Below, piece by piece: positions 24,806 through 37,870 of a stretch of 64,000 nucleotides of DNA. The notes beneath the pieces are model-generated. The model was not told the DNA's origin and made no database searches. It saw nothing but the letters and a program-made list of their open reading frames with translations. Position numbers and translations under genes: made by a program. Origin of the DNA: Tubiluchus corallicola (taxonomy: Eukaryota; Animalia; Priapulida); contig JAQGDQ010000640.1 of assembly GCA_030141605.1 (NCBI GenBank), positions 1 to 64,000 of the forward strand, written 5' to 3'. How positions within the stretch are numbered: position 1 is the first letter of the stretch; the number at the start of each line of letters is the position of its first letter.

Positions 24806-27150
24806 TAAAACAGTATAACACAGATAAGATTGGTTGTTTGGTCACCCCATGGGTAGATCTGTTAGTTGATTAGTTATAGTCAAATTCATCTGTAGCGTAT
24901 GGTGCGCAGTTTTTACTTTTTCTAACTTATGCGCAAAGAGGCATCTACAACTGTAGCATGTCAAACGGGCACACTTTATTATGCATTAAGATAATCAGAC
25001 TATGTATTAATGTGCCACTGCCTCATTTTCTATAGCTGTATAAGTATTGTCACTGTGTATGTTTGTTAAATACGAGTCAAAATAAAATAATTGGTTAAAG
25101 TCTATTTGTTCTTGTGGTTAATGCTGCTTGCTGATTATTGTTGTTTACTGCGTGGCGTGTGAGGTAGCCACGATGGGCATGGCAAACTATCAAGACTTTA
25201 TTTAATAACTACACATTTATTAAATATCAAACACAGCACGGTAAATATACGAGGATAGTAATGGCAGCCCTCCGTCTTCAAGTCAGTTCCTAATCTCTCT
25301 CGAGGTGCGGGCCTCAAAACACTTTTGTCTAACTACCTAATGCCCCGTGAGCTTCTGCGCATAAGGATTACATCATCAGTCTTTACTTCTGAGTCAGCCG
25401 GTCGAACATTAGCTGGTCACGTGATGCCACACCTAACTAGGCTTCTATCCACGACGATAGTTTAATCTTGCATCGTCAAGCATTTAATCTTGAATTTTTA
25501 AGTTAATAATTTAATCACCAATTTAATCAAAATCACTGTTTAACACAGATTTCCTTTATTGTCAATGTTCCGGCGCCATTTTTAAACCGTTGCATTGAAC
25601 CTACAATTAAGCCTACACTTAAATTTTCAGATAATTTTCATTATTTTTTTTCTTTTACAGTGTGGGACAATCTAACAAGCCCTGCTTTTTGATTGCCCGC
25701 AACACGTTTACATTTGCATATATAGCAAACCTAAACTATGGTATATCTAAACTAGTTATGTGCTCAAGGTACTTAAGTAAACTGTATACGAATTTACTAA
25801 GCAACATGCAACAGCGATAATTCTCTTGTTTATCTTTCAACCCTACAGTGTTTTGAGAGTCAAGTCTTGTGCGCAGATTCTTAAGTGCAGGTAGACTATT
25901 GTTGATAGTCTGTAATTCAGGAAATAGAATAAGCCGACTTAGCTGTATGGAATGCTCAATCTCGAGTAATAAAATTAACCAAAAAAATAGGTATCGAGTC
26001 GCAAATGTAACAACAAAGTTTAAAATTTCAACACAAAAACTTTATAGGTTTGTTCGTTTGTCGCTTGTTCAAAATTACGAAAAATAGTTTTTTACAATCC
26101 TGTTTTATTTACAAAAACATCACAATTTCTTTGCCATTTTTAATCCGTAACGATACTTGAAGTTTAGAAAATAAAGACGACAACTTGAAAAAAGAGATCT
26201 TTTGCTCTATACTTAAGCATAAAAATTTGATATAATGACATAATCTAGTTCTACAGTTGTTTCACAATTTCATCTGTTCTACCTGAATACTCAAGTTCTC
26301 CAACAATGTAAACATGGTAGTTTCTACATTGCTGCCCGGCCACACAAAGGTGATGCCAATTCCCGTCAAAAAGCTTTACAGCAGAATCAGATGTATAATC
26401 TTTCATACAACAGTTAGCGCAAAATTAACAATGGTTTATGTAAATAACCAGCAAGTTTTCATAGCAACCAATTTTCTCAAGTGACATTTGCCTTATAGGA
26501 CCAACATAAGCCAATGAGCTTGAATGAAACAATTTCAAAAGAACATGTTGATTAGTTGAAAATTTTTTGTTCCAGAGAAAAGGTTCATGTGAAAAGAAAA
26601 CAATTATTAAAAAATACTGGTCATAATATAGAAATTGCTAATAACATGTTAATAAGATGAACAAAAATCATTCTGAATGACCTGCTGTAGTTAGTTTATA
26701 GTCGGTCAGTTATGTAACAGACACCCCAAAAAACTGTGATACGCTGCTGCCATCTTTGAACCGATTAATGACTCTTTTCACCAAGATACGTAAGTGTTGG
26801 AAAGAACCCAAAGCTTGTACGTGGCTGAAAACACAAGAAAATAATACACAATTAAAAACAGAAATGTTCATTTTTATACAGATCACCAGACTGTAAGTTG
26901 CACTCAGTATGTGAAACTAGCTGTTATTTGATTATTGTGGTAGGATCGGTACCTATCCAAGGAGACTAAACCAGCAGAAGTATCTTAACAATAATCAGAG
27001 TTGTGTAAGTTCTTCTCAGCGCGGTAATTAGCTGGAGGCAGTTACAGATAAAAATATCTAAACGCAATTCTCCTTACGGTGAATCAGGAAGTAGAACCTT
27101 CCTCCACACACACGCACGCGCACACGCACGCGCACGCGCACACGCACACT

Positions 27151-27194
<44 letters not shown>

Positions 27195-28415
27195 AAACAT
27201 TGGAGTTGTACAAAGCTGTGATCAAACAGAGAATGAAAAGAATTGGAATGTGTTGCACGCCTGACCTTTACATATTTATTAATGTATACATTTAATTAAT
27301 TTGATAGCGTGATCCTCGAAATACAAACTGTTTAGTAAATAAAAAATAAACAGATTAGCAGATGAAGGCCCTCAGTTCCAGGCCACTTTTTCGGAAAAAA
27401 TTGCAAGAATAGATAGAAGAAATCATGCTTTTAAGAATGAGGACAAGTGAATTGGTGATTAGTAAATTATGACAGCAACTTTTAGCTTAGTCGCTTGATG
27501 TGATTTATTGATACCTGCCTAGCTGATGAAATAGTTGGGCTGATAGTTGGTTGGTTGCCTAAATTATAAATAATTAATTAATACCTGCTGCATATCTAAT
27601 CATTGGCTAACTAACAGGTTGATCAATAGATAGGGGGCGCCAAAATGGATGCTTACTGGTTACTAGTAGTTGCTAGTAGTACTAGTTTATTGACTGTAAC
27701 ATTTCAGTCCAAAGTTTTCCACTTTTCAGAAAACAGCAACATTATAAAAGGGTTAAAACAGTTGACAATAATGAATTTAAATTTACATGAAATAGGCTGC
27801 TACATGTACAGAATGGTACATAACATTTTTCTAGGGGGTAGAAAAACAATAAAGTAACAGTACAGAACAATTTATTACACTAAAGTACAGCTGAAACTAA
27901 CGTCAAAGTTACAAATCAATCATGTCCTCAATGTTTAGTATGAAAGCCTCAGGCGTCTCGCACAGCCTACGATCTTGAAGGATGCGAAGAACAGCAACTT
28001 GAAAACTCTTAGAATAATTTTGTTCGACTGAACTGGAAGACACGGGAATTCGTTGGGCCTCACCGCATCAAGCCCACTAGAGCTATCCTGTAGGATAAAA
28101 CGGTCGCTTAGATGATCCCTATGAAAGAAACAAGTCTGCAGAATGTGTCGGAAGAGATTGAGTTCTGTGAGTGGGTCCTCCGATCATACCCTTCAAGGGT
28201 ACAAGCTGTGCGAAACACCTGAAAGGCTTTCCTTAGGGTATGGTAGATAAGCAATATTTTGATGTAATTGTTCTGTAATGTTACTCTTTGCTTCTGAAAC
28301 ACCCCTGGATTATAAATCTACTAATAAAGTGCAAAAAGATTATAATGGTTAAACAAATGACTTGCATAATATTTTAGTATTCATAATATTCTGTACTCCT
28401 TTCTACTTTACCTGA

Positions 28416-28416
<1 letters not shown>

Positions 28417-28470
<54 letters not shown>

Positions 28471-28475
28471 TGATG
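28417..28475. repeat. (CGA)n microsatellite
   Basis: Seen directly. Confidence 0.95.
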
Positions 28476-28734
28476 AGTCTTTATTAGCCTCTTTTTGCAG
28501 GCAAAAATATCTGAACTAACATTATACCATTTTACATAGACACTATACAGAGTGAATTCTACAATATTACATTTACGGATTCTGTAATTAGCTTTTCTAA
28601 TTTGTGCCTATAACATTTCTTACAGTGATATTAAACAAGAAGTATTAAAGTGCGTGCTAAAATCAAGATTATTAATGCAGCAAGTTTCCTGTAAAGTAAC
28701 ATAAAAATGCGGATAAATTGACATACCTAGAGAA

Positions 28735-31700
28735 CTATATAGGTTTCAGTTTACTAAATAAATAATTTATTTTGAATTCCAATTCAGTTAAGTGCCGATA
28801 CAAGTTTTTGTCTGAATAAAGAAGCTTCACAATTTGGTGAGCTGTTAAATCCTTATTATGAATGAGATAGGTAATTAAATTTTCAAGAAACCGAAGTTGC
28901 TCTTCCGTTAAGACAAATCTCTGGATTTGGGCAGGTGCTAGGAGAGATCGGATAAGCGTTTCCTTTAAATGTCAAGTCTTCCAACCGCCATGATGCGAGA
29001 TCGCCATCAATGTTGAAGCAAGTGGTGGACATTTCCTCTGAAAATGCACACGTCATATTTTAATGTAAGCACCTCAAGTAAAAAATGAACTTGGCTTGCA
29101 TTAAAAATTCTATTTTAGCAGATTTAAAGTTTCACATTTATCCACTTGGAAACTTATTCGGATTGCAAAAGAATGCTAGCTGACCTACCATCGGTCTTGC
29201 CTGTTTTTCAAGTTGTTATGTAACTAAACGTTCTAATAGACAAAAAGACGTAACGGCCAATTAATTTTGTAAAACTTCAACAGAACACAGATTACTGTGC
29301 ATTTAACTTTGATGTCTACAAAATGATTGAAAGCATAAAACACAAATCGTACAATTATATAAAAATAAATACCATATACAAGTTTTATTACAATGTAAAA
29401 AAGCAGCTGATTTCAAAAATAGCAAAATAGACAAGTGATTAATGTTTAGTCGTGAAATTATTTCCTCAAAATCGAGATTTTCGCTACAATCATGGGTAAG
29501 AGGTCAACAAAGCAAAATATTAATATTGAAGGAACTTCGTAATCCCTTCAAGCTTTTCAGACGGAGAGATTGTTCCTACAACGCTTATCGCATTACCTCT
29601 TTGACAAGGTAACGGATAAACGCAGGAATAAAAAGCTTGTAGACCTAGTCTCTCCCGAGGCACATTGAATTCGTTTATATAATATACTAAGGAATTTTTA
29701 CTTTCATTGTCAAAGGTACCAAAAGTTTCAATAGCAACTGGCACAAAATTGAAAGTTGGCAAAAGACTGTTGTGTTTTATATAAAAGTGAAAAGTCCCAG
29801 CAGCTTGAAGGGCCAACAAGTTAGAATTGTTTGTTGTGAAAAAAACTGGCAGCGATTCAATGAGATCAAGCATGAAAATAGACCTTATTGCATCTTTGGC
29901 ACTTAATTTAACGTTCTATTTTCCAAGCAATAATTAACTTATTTTAGAAAAACGTGACACCAACATGCGCCGCTTTTTGTGCTCAATCCAGCTGTGCTAA
30001 GTATTTTACACTGAACGGTTCTAAGCTTGTCGTCATAGATTCTTCTATTGATGTGATCTACTTTTACAAACAATAATTAACGTTTTTTAGCACTTAAAAA
30101 TGAATTTTGAAATCAATAAGTTGCTGTGCCGTCCCCCCCCCAGGTACGTCTAAGTAGCTGACTTTAAAAATGAATTTTGTCACCTGTAACCTGCAATTGC
30201 TGAATGTTTTACAGGTCAGTGTGTATTTGTTTAGTCTTTAGGTCGGTGTTGTCTTTGCGCCTGTCTGAGAATGTTACGGTACAGTGATACACTTTAGTAA
30301 CTTCTCTAAATTGTGCCTCCTTTCACGAATCTTCTTTCTGGGGACAATTTATACTTACAACAACGCTTTCAGTCCTGCACTACATTACATTTACTAGGTG
30401 CAATGTAAATGTGTCCTAGTAAACATGTCCAAATTGGCATTTGAGTTCACGATTTCAGCAAACTGTATAATGAACGTTTAAAAATGAATTGTTTGTTGCC
30501 TTTGCTGTTATATAACTAGGCCAAACAAAGTGCTATTCAATCCCGTGCAAAATGCAGCCTCCTACTTACCTATCGCAGATGCGTCTAGAAGATCAGTCGT
30601 CAAGATTACATCCGTTACCATGCCAACGTAGCTCTGTGAACTGCTGAATCCTCCATCGATTTGGTCCTGGTCCTGACCAACTATTATGGTTCTACCTCCT
30701 GGTATGTTGTCGCCATCTAAGTTACCACTTTCTAATATGATAAATACAAAATACCACATTATAAACAGCATAATTTTTGCGTCATATACGCATTATTCGT
30801 TTTCTGCAAACCCACAAAGTTTCTCGATGGCATTTTTACGAATTTTTAAACATTTCTGTTAAATTTTTCGCGCAGATTTATCCATTTTCCGCAAAATTTG
30901 AAAAGTTACATTTGGCGAAAAATAATCACAATTCGCAGCATGTACCTCGTAGAGGCATCCCCACCAGGGACAAACCTTGCAGGTCAGACAGAAATTGAAA
31001 AACATAAATGTGAGGAGCAGGAAAAGAATTAAACTTCATAGTCACCGTGCCCCCTCTTCCATAACATTAAGCAAAGCGCGGCAAATAAACGGATGCGTGA
31101 TAATAGTCAGCAAAAGTTCAACTAGCAGACGCTTATGACTATTTCTTCCCACAGGATTTCTGAACACGGTGAAGAAACGCATTGCAGCTGTGATGTTTCA
31201 AAGTTAACCCTCCCACTCCACCCGTTGAAGTTACCTCCAAGCTTTCTGAAAACGCGTTCACATTACCAGCAGGGCATCCGAAACCTAATTTCACTTCCCC
31301 CAGAAGCAGCACCTAATTTATATTGCTTTCCCACTTTTCACATTCCCCATTTTGATTTAGTTAAAATGATCAAGTAATACTTTTCAAATCTCGCAAAAGA
31401 GTTGTGCACAAACCCGTAACAATACTCCACGCCACACAACGCCACACCTCACCACATCACACTGCACCACACCATACAACGCCACACCACTATGCTTAAC
31501 ACCACACCGCACCCCATCAATTACTCGCTGCAGTTACCCAGCTTAAACGCTTTAATTTCGTCACTTGTTTGGCCTTCCAAGTCGCACACCGATAGCCAGA
31601 GCGTCATTTGGCCATTCTGGTGTATCAGATAAACGACGTCTCGGCTACAGGAGCTTGGATGCGATGCGAGGTGGGACCTAATAGAGTGTAATGAATCTCT

Positions 31701-31990
31701 CTAGCTCAAATGACTACCTGCCTGACTTCCCGTTGTCATAATTTTGCAAGGGCAGGCTTTGAGGAAGTCGAATGTTTTATATGAAATACTTACCAACTGA
31801 TTCTCCATCTATTAACACTTTATACTCTCCGGGAGTTCCTCCAAACCACGTAACACATAAATGGTGCCATTCACCGTCACGCAATCCACCGCCAGCAGTC
31901 GAAGCCAGGGGAAGCAGTGGACTTTATTTATACGAGGCAAGCTCAACGCTTCACCATTCTCTACTCTCTTTCACTGCCATGCTCTCATTC
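28735..31990 (-). pseudogene. Pentraxin-domain gene D (probably decayed). Exons ~31794-31921(+), 30570-30731, 28883-29037 (homologous tail continues in the +1 frame to 28735)
   Basis: LRDGEWHHLCVTWFGG...VLIDG | ESG...IPGGRTIIVGQDQDQIDGGFSSSQSYVGMVTDV | EMSTTCFNIDGDLASWR...STCPNPEICL. Motifs are canonical and intron positions match A. There is a frameshift near 28910 and an in-frame stop upstream of 31921; 5' exons were not found. Confidence 0.78.
29500..29770 (-). mobile_element. CRE-like non-LTR retrotransposon 3' fragment (restriction-like endonuclease region), in an intron of D
   Basis: FNFVPVAIETFGTF...QRGNAISVVGT matches the F-x-P-x-A-x-E-T-x-G ... Q-R-G-N-A-x-x-V-x-G-T C-terminus of CRE-clade elements. 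Confidence 0.7.
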
Positions 31991-33322
31991 TGATTTAATG
32001 ATCTTAATAAGTAAAGTCGACCATGCAATTGACTTGTAACATAATGTCAATCATTTTCGTTGACTGCCCAATCAGCGTGAAAGTTATTTTCGCCCACTGC
32101 AGAGCTTAATTAACTCAGGTACGTTCGGGACATTTGGCTACAGCTCAGTCTAACACTGTTATGAAAAAAACTCAACTTTTCATTAGTTAGCGGGAGAAAT
32201 GTTGGCCTGGTTCTAGATTTTATTGTTTTGGCCAGTTTTTATAAACCTCATCTTCACAGTTCTCAATGAATTCAAATGTGGTCAAAACTTATATTATACA
32301 TCAATGTAATATTAGCTAATTTTACGCTATTTTTCTGGTTATAATCATGGTTAAAAGATGCCATTGGGACTTATGTGACTCGGGCATTCAATATAAGAGT
32401 CGTCTATGGAGTGGAACAGTCATTTTTTTCCATTTCCGTAGCCTGACAAACGGAAAAATACAAAACCTTCATAAATCTTGCAGACGAGCTCATAGCGGTA
32501 GCAGGACGGATGGCACCGCGGCCCACACCGTGCGGCATGTCTTAATTATGTCATTCAACGCCTCACCCATAAATAAAAATTGAATAATAGAGTCAGTCGA
32601 AATGACAATTTATTATTGAATATTACACTTTAAATAAGGAACGACCGCTTACCTACAGGAACAGAGTTTGCGAGAAAAGCCTGAGAAATGTGAACAGAGC
32701 TGCACATGCTACGACCACTGAAAAGGGTCTACAGTAGACCTTCCCTTTTTATAAGCTCATATGTGCACGTGACTAGTGGTTTCTACTAACACAAGGTCAG
32801 AATACGAGTCTGTGCTAGATAAAGCCACGTTCATATGCACACCTGAGAAGCCTACTGTATTCCCCTGCCAGCATACATTTCATTTCATTACAGCCCTGCA
32901 GTACAATATCATTAGGAGATGTCCCGGGTCTTTTCATTAGTCGAAAAAATAATTTCGTGACTCGCTTTAGCGTAAATTGAGCATTTAACAAAAAAATATT
33001 ATTGCCTTTAATTGTCAACATTTTTTAACATAAGGATAGTGAACTATTGTCGCTGTACCTTTGTGGAAGTGTTGATTTTAAAATTGCTGTTAAATGTAAA
33101 TTTTTTTATTGCATTCATTAGGAAAGCAACACGTTTTAACGTGAAAAGACTGTAGGATCCCTTTTATGTATTTGCGGCAAATTTCAATATAGTCAGCACA
33201 GTTATTGTTTAATATTCAATTAATATTAATATATAACAATGTTTAATATTAGTCATCGTGTCTCATCTACTAACTTTGTATGTATAAGTCTTTGTGTTTG
33301 TGTGTGCTTATATATTTTATAT

Positions 33323-35337
33323 TACTTTGTGTGCACGTCTGCCTGTACATGTACTTTGTGTGCACGTCTGCCTGTACATGTACTTTGTGTGCACGTCTGC
33401 CTGTACATATACTTTGTGTGCACGTCTGCCTGTACATATACTTTGTGTGCACGTCTGCCTGTACATGTACTTTGTGTGCACGTCTGCCTGTACATGTACT
33501 TTGTGTGCACGTCTGCCTGTACATAAGCTTTGTGTGCACGTCTGCCTGTACATGTACTTTGTGTGCACGTCTGCCTGTACATATACTTTGTGTGCACGTC
33601 TGTCTGTACATATACTTTGTGTGCACGTCTGCCTGTACATATACTTTGTGTGAACGTCTGCCTGTACATGTACTTTGTGTGCACGTCTGCCTGTACATAT
33701 ACTTTGTGTGCACGTCTGCCTGTACATATACTTTGTGTGCACGTCTGCCTGTACATATACTTTGTGTGCACGTCTGCCTGTACATATACTTTGTGTGCAC
33801 GTCTGCCTGTACATATACTTTGTGTGAACGTCTGCCTGTACATGTACTTTGTGTGCACGTCTGCCTGTACATATACTTTGTGTGCACGTCTGCCTGTACA
33901 TATACTTTGTGTGCACGTCTGCCTGTACATATACTTTGTGTGCACGTCTGCCTGTACATATACTTTGTGTGCACGTCTGCCTGTACATGTACTTTGTGTG
34001 CACGTCTGCCTGTACATATACTTTGTGTGCACGTCTGCCTGTACATATACTTTGTGTGCACGTCTGCCTGTACATATACTTTGTGTGCACGTCTGCCTGT
34101 ACATATACTTTGTGTGCACGTCTGCCTGTACATATACTTTGTGTGCACGTCTTCCTGTACATGTACTTTGTGTGCACGTCTGCCTGTATATATACTTTGT
34201 GTGAACGTCTGCCTGTACATGTACTTTGTGTGCACGTCTGCCTGTACATATACTTTGTGTGCACGTCTGCCTGTACATATACTTTGTGTGCACGTCTGCC
34301 TGTACATATACTTTGTGTGCACGTCTGCCTGTACATGTACTTTGTGTGCACGTCTGCCTGTACATATACTTTGTGTGCACGTCTGCCTGTATATATACTT
34401 TGTGTGCACGTCTGCCTGTACATATACTTTGTGTGCACGTCTGCCTGTGCATATACTTTGTGTACACGTCTACCTGTACATATACTTTGTGTGCACGTCT
34501 GCCTGTACATGTACTTTGTGTGCACGTCTGCCTGTACATATACTTTGTGTGCACGTCTGTCTGTACATATACTTTGTGTGCACGTCTGCCTGTACATATA
34601 CTTTGTGTACACGTCTGCCTGTACATGTACTTTGTGTGCACGTCTGCCTGTACATATACTTTGTGTGCACGTCTGCCTGTACATGTACTTTGTGTGCACG
34701 TCTGCCTGTACATATACTTTGTGTGCACGTCTGCCTGTACATATACTTTGTGTGCACGTCTGCCTGTACATGTACTTTGTGTGCACGTCTGCCTGTACAT
34801 ATACTTTGTGTGCACGTCTGTCTGTACATATACTTTGTGTGCACGTCTGCCTGTACATGTACTTTGTGTGCACGTCTGCCTGTACATGTACTTTGTGTGC
34901 ACGTCTGCCTGTACATATACTTTGTGTGCACGTCTGCCTGTACATATACTTTGTGTGCACGTCTGCCTGTACATGTACTTTGTGTGCACGTCTGCCTGTA
35001 CATATACTTTGTGTGCACGTCTGCCTGTACATATACTTTGTGTGCACGTCTGCCTGTACATGTACTTTGTGTGCACGTCTGCCTGTACATATACTTTGTG
35101 TGCACGTCTGCCTGTACATGTACTTTGTGTGCACGTCTGCCTGTACATATACTTTGTGTGCACGTCTGCCTGTACATATATTTTGTGTGCACGTCTGCCT
35201 GTACATATACTTTGTGTACACGTCTGCCTGTACATGTACTTTGTGTACACGTCTGCCTGTACATATACTTTGTGTGCCCGTCTGCCTGTACATATACTTT
35301 GTGTACACGTCTGCCCGTACATATGCTTTGTGTACAC
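33323..35337. repeat. Minisatellite, 29-bp unit TACTTTGTGTGCACGTCTGCCTGTACAT(A/G), ~69 copies
   Basis: Seen directly; ~2015 bp / 29. Highly homogeneous, with two interspersed variants. Confidence 0.98.
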
Positions 35338-36184
35338 GATAGCTTATTTAAATTTTAACCACAGCATTGTTTTGTTTTTACTGCATTTCACGAACCTCGC
35401 AAGATCTGATCTATGCGTAATCAAATTTGTTCTTCTACATATTTATCAAATCGAGGGTCTCAAGAAAATCTGGTCGTTCTATGCAATTCAGGACCGTTGT
35501 CACGGATAGAGTTAAGAATGTCAAAATAGATGGCGATTGTTGTAAAATATGCCACTAAAGGAGCAATTAAAAAAACAATGCGTGATCTTTTAATATTAAA
35601 AAAATCATTTATTAATATTCAAAAATAAGCATTGAATTCTTCTTTAGCATTCCATAACAATGGCAATAACTGTTACTAGTGTGGCTATGGAGAAAAAACC
35701 TCGTCGTTGCGTATCACCAAATTTCGATAGAAAAGGCCTAAAGCAGTCCTTCCCGGAAGTTGTGCTTACTTCACTGTTGGCGAAAATGTTAGGATTTAGT
35801 AACAAAAATGCGATAAAAGCGCTTCGTATAATTAGCATAATCACTTTAAAGTCGTGATCATTTCACCCTTGAGCGCTTCCATTTTGAACACCAAAGAAAA
35901 GCTGCGCACTCTGGCTATTTCCCCCTAAAGTATAATTTAGTAATTTTGTGATATTTTTGCAGAATATTAAGTAACCCGCAAAGGTTCAATTAGTTTAAGC
36001 ATCGCGCGCTCACGAAAAACCAAAAATTTGCGAAAAACCAACGTTACAAAAATTTACGAGGTTTCCCATTTGCGTCGTAATTTTCACGTGAATTTGGGCT
36101 ACCATTGCGCCCGAAAATTTCTATACAGCGGTAGTATAAATTAATTTTGTGCTTTACATGCAGTTTTTTGCTAACTTGTTTGTT

Positions 36185-36625
36185 ATAGTTTTCTAAGTTT
36201 AAGTGATTTGTTGCAAAATAAACTCAACATGCTAAGCAATTTGTCCTTTTCTTTAAAAACAAAAAGTCTTTCTTTACTGGTAGACGTGCTGGGTTTGGAA
36301 TACTTTTAGCAGACAATAAAAAACCTTTGAACATTCTTACTTGCAGGAACATCAGGTGCTACTTCAGCTCTAGTATTTGTGGCAGCAAACATTAAAAAAA
36401 AGAACAGTTATGTTTTTCTAAGTTTAAGTGATTTGTTGCAAAATAAACCCATCGATTTGTTCTTTTTTAAACAAAAGAGTCCTTCCTTACTGGTGGACCT
36501 GTTGGGTTTCGAATAACTTTAGCTGATTATAAAAAATTTGAAAATTCTTATCTATAGCAGAGCTAAAAGCTTGTTGAGCTCTGGTATTTCTGGCGGCAAA
36601 AATTGAAGAAAAAAGAACGGTTAAA
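36185..36625. repeat. Diverged tandem duplication, ~226-bp unit x2
   Basis: TTTTCTAAGTTTAAGTGATTTGTTGCAAAATAAAC at ~36188 and ~36414, followed by parallel CTTACTGGT-GAC...TGGGTTT and AGCTCT-GTATTT-TGGC blocks. Confidence 0.85.
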
Positions 36626-37414
36626 TGGACAGAAAAAGCTACCTTGGTTGATGAATAAACTGAAATCATGTTTCTCCTACCAAGTCAAATCTGGTATTTG
36701 TCACACTCAATTGTTGCGCTTAAAGCGCAACTAAACCCTCCACTTACATCAAGTTTAAAACAGTCGTCTTGAAATTCTACAAAACTTACATACTGCCTTT
36801 TTGCATACAAGACTTGCGTCGGCAGTAACGTTGTATAAAGCATATAAATTTAAACTCCTGTTATGACCGTTAGGCGCAGCCAATTTGATGGAAAATCATA
36901 TGAAATAAGTTTCGATAGGACTGAGTAAAATTTGAAAAAATAATCACAGCATTCGTAGCGCGCACGTCACTAACTAAGTAAAATTTTAAATTACTATATC
37001 TTGTCAATAAGATTAAAAATACGTTTTTGGTTAGTGAGTGGTGCAACTTGGAGGGTGACTTTACGACATTTACCAATTGCTGAAAACATTTTAAATAATT
37101 AATAATTTTGTTTTCTAGTTACATAAGTCTTTCAAGCATGTAAGCGAAATGCTAAGTAACATAATTTTGCACGGAAAGTTTTTTGGGAAAAGTTTACATT
37201 TTCTTTCTTTCGCTTGTTTTACGGTGTTCATATATGACGTCACATAATGGCGCGGTGGGTACAGTGTCACGGAAAATTTAAAATGAAATCAAACAAAAAA
37301 TTCTTTTCAACGCGTGTACGATGTACGCATAAGATTCCTATAAAGTAATATCATTTTAAGGCGATTTTTCTGAAACCTACTTCAGGCACCCCTTTTCCCC
37401 TTTTCTTGTCCTTT

Positions 37415-37870
37415 GAGTAAAACCGGACCCAATATTAAACTGTAGGTCAAAACAATCTATTCTTCATAATACTGAAAGGAAACATATCATTTTTCCAAAA
37501 ACGACTTACATAAAAGAATTATTACCACAGAAACACAATTTCACGTTCGCGTCACTAGTTCTTCGCTGTTACATGCATTTCGCCATTCGCTAGTTAGACG
37601 GGCACTAGCACCTGCAACCCGGAAACGCATAACACAAAAAACAGGTGCTGCACCTTTCAGTTCAGATGTGTTCCTTTGTGACGAACTACATACGTTCGAC
37701 AGCTCATGTGTGAGCACAGCGGTAAATTTGCCATTTGAATTTCTATCTTTAAACTTGCTTAGTTTTATTACAGTACACTGCATCTCTTACTGTAGGTACT
37801 GTACTTCAATTTTCGCTTTTGCAACACGCTCTTAGAATGTTTTTGCTATTGAAAATTATGTTAGTTTGTG
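37415..37870 (+). mobile_element. Dispersed repeat; second copy at ~63540-64000 in a laminin intron
   Basis: AAAACCGGACCCAAT...CTGTAGGTCAAAACAATCTA...CGCTGTTACATGCATTTCGCCATTCG-TAGTTAGACGGGCACTAGC is shared and colinear over ~450 bp. Confidence 0.9.

Noticed and set aside
25149-25456. Possible solo LTR
   Set aside because: Termini are only imperfectly inverted and no target-site duplication was found.
27900-28310. Possible L2/CR1-like 3' fragment (similar hint at 32815-33021)
   Set aside because: Only a vague resemblance, with no diagnostic motif readable by eye.
33323-35337. CRISPR-like array (29-bp repeat)
   Set aside because: Units are contiguous with no unique spacers, there are no cas genes, and the context is eukaryotic.
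33239-35509. Long Cys/His/Tyr-rich ORFs (up to 692 aa) on both strands
   Set aside because: The 29-bp unit has no stop codon in any frame, so all six frames are open; this is a minisatellite artefact with no splice or codon evidence.
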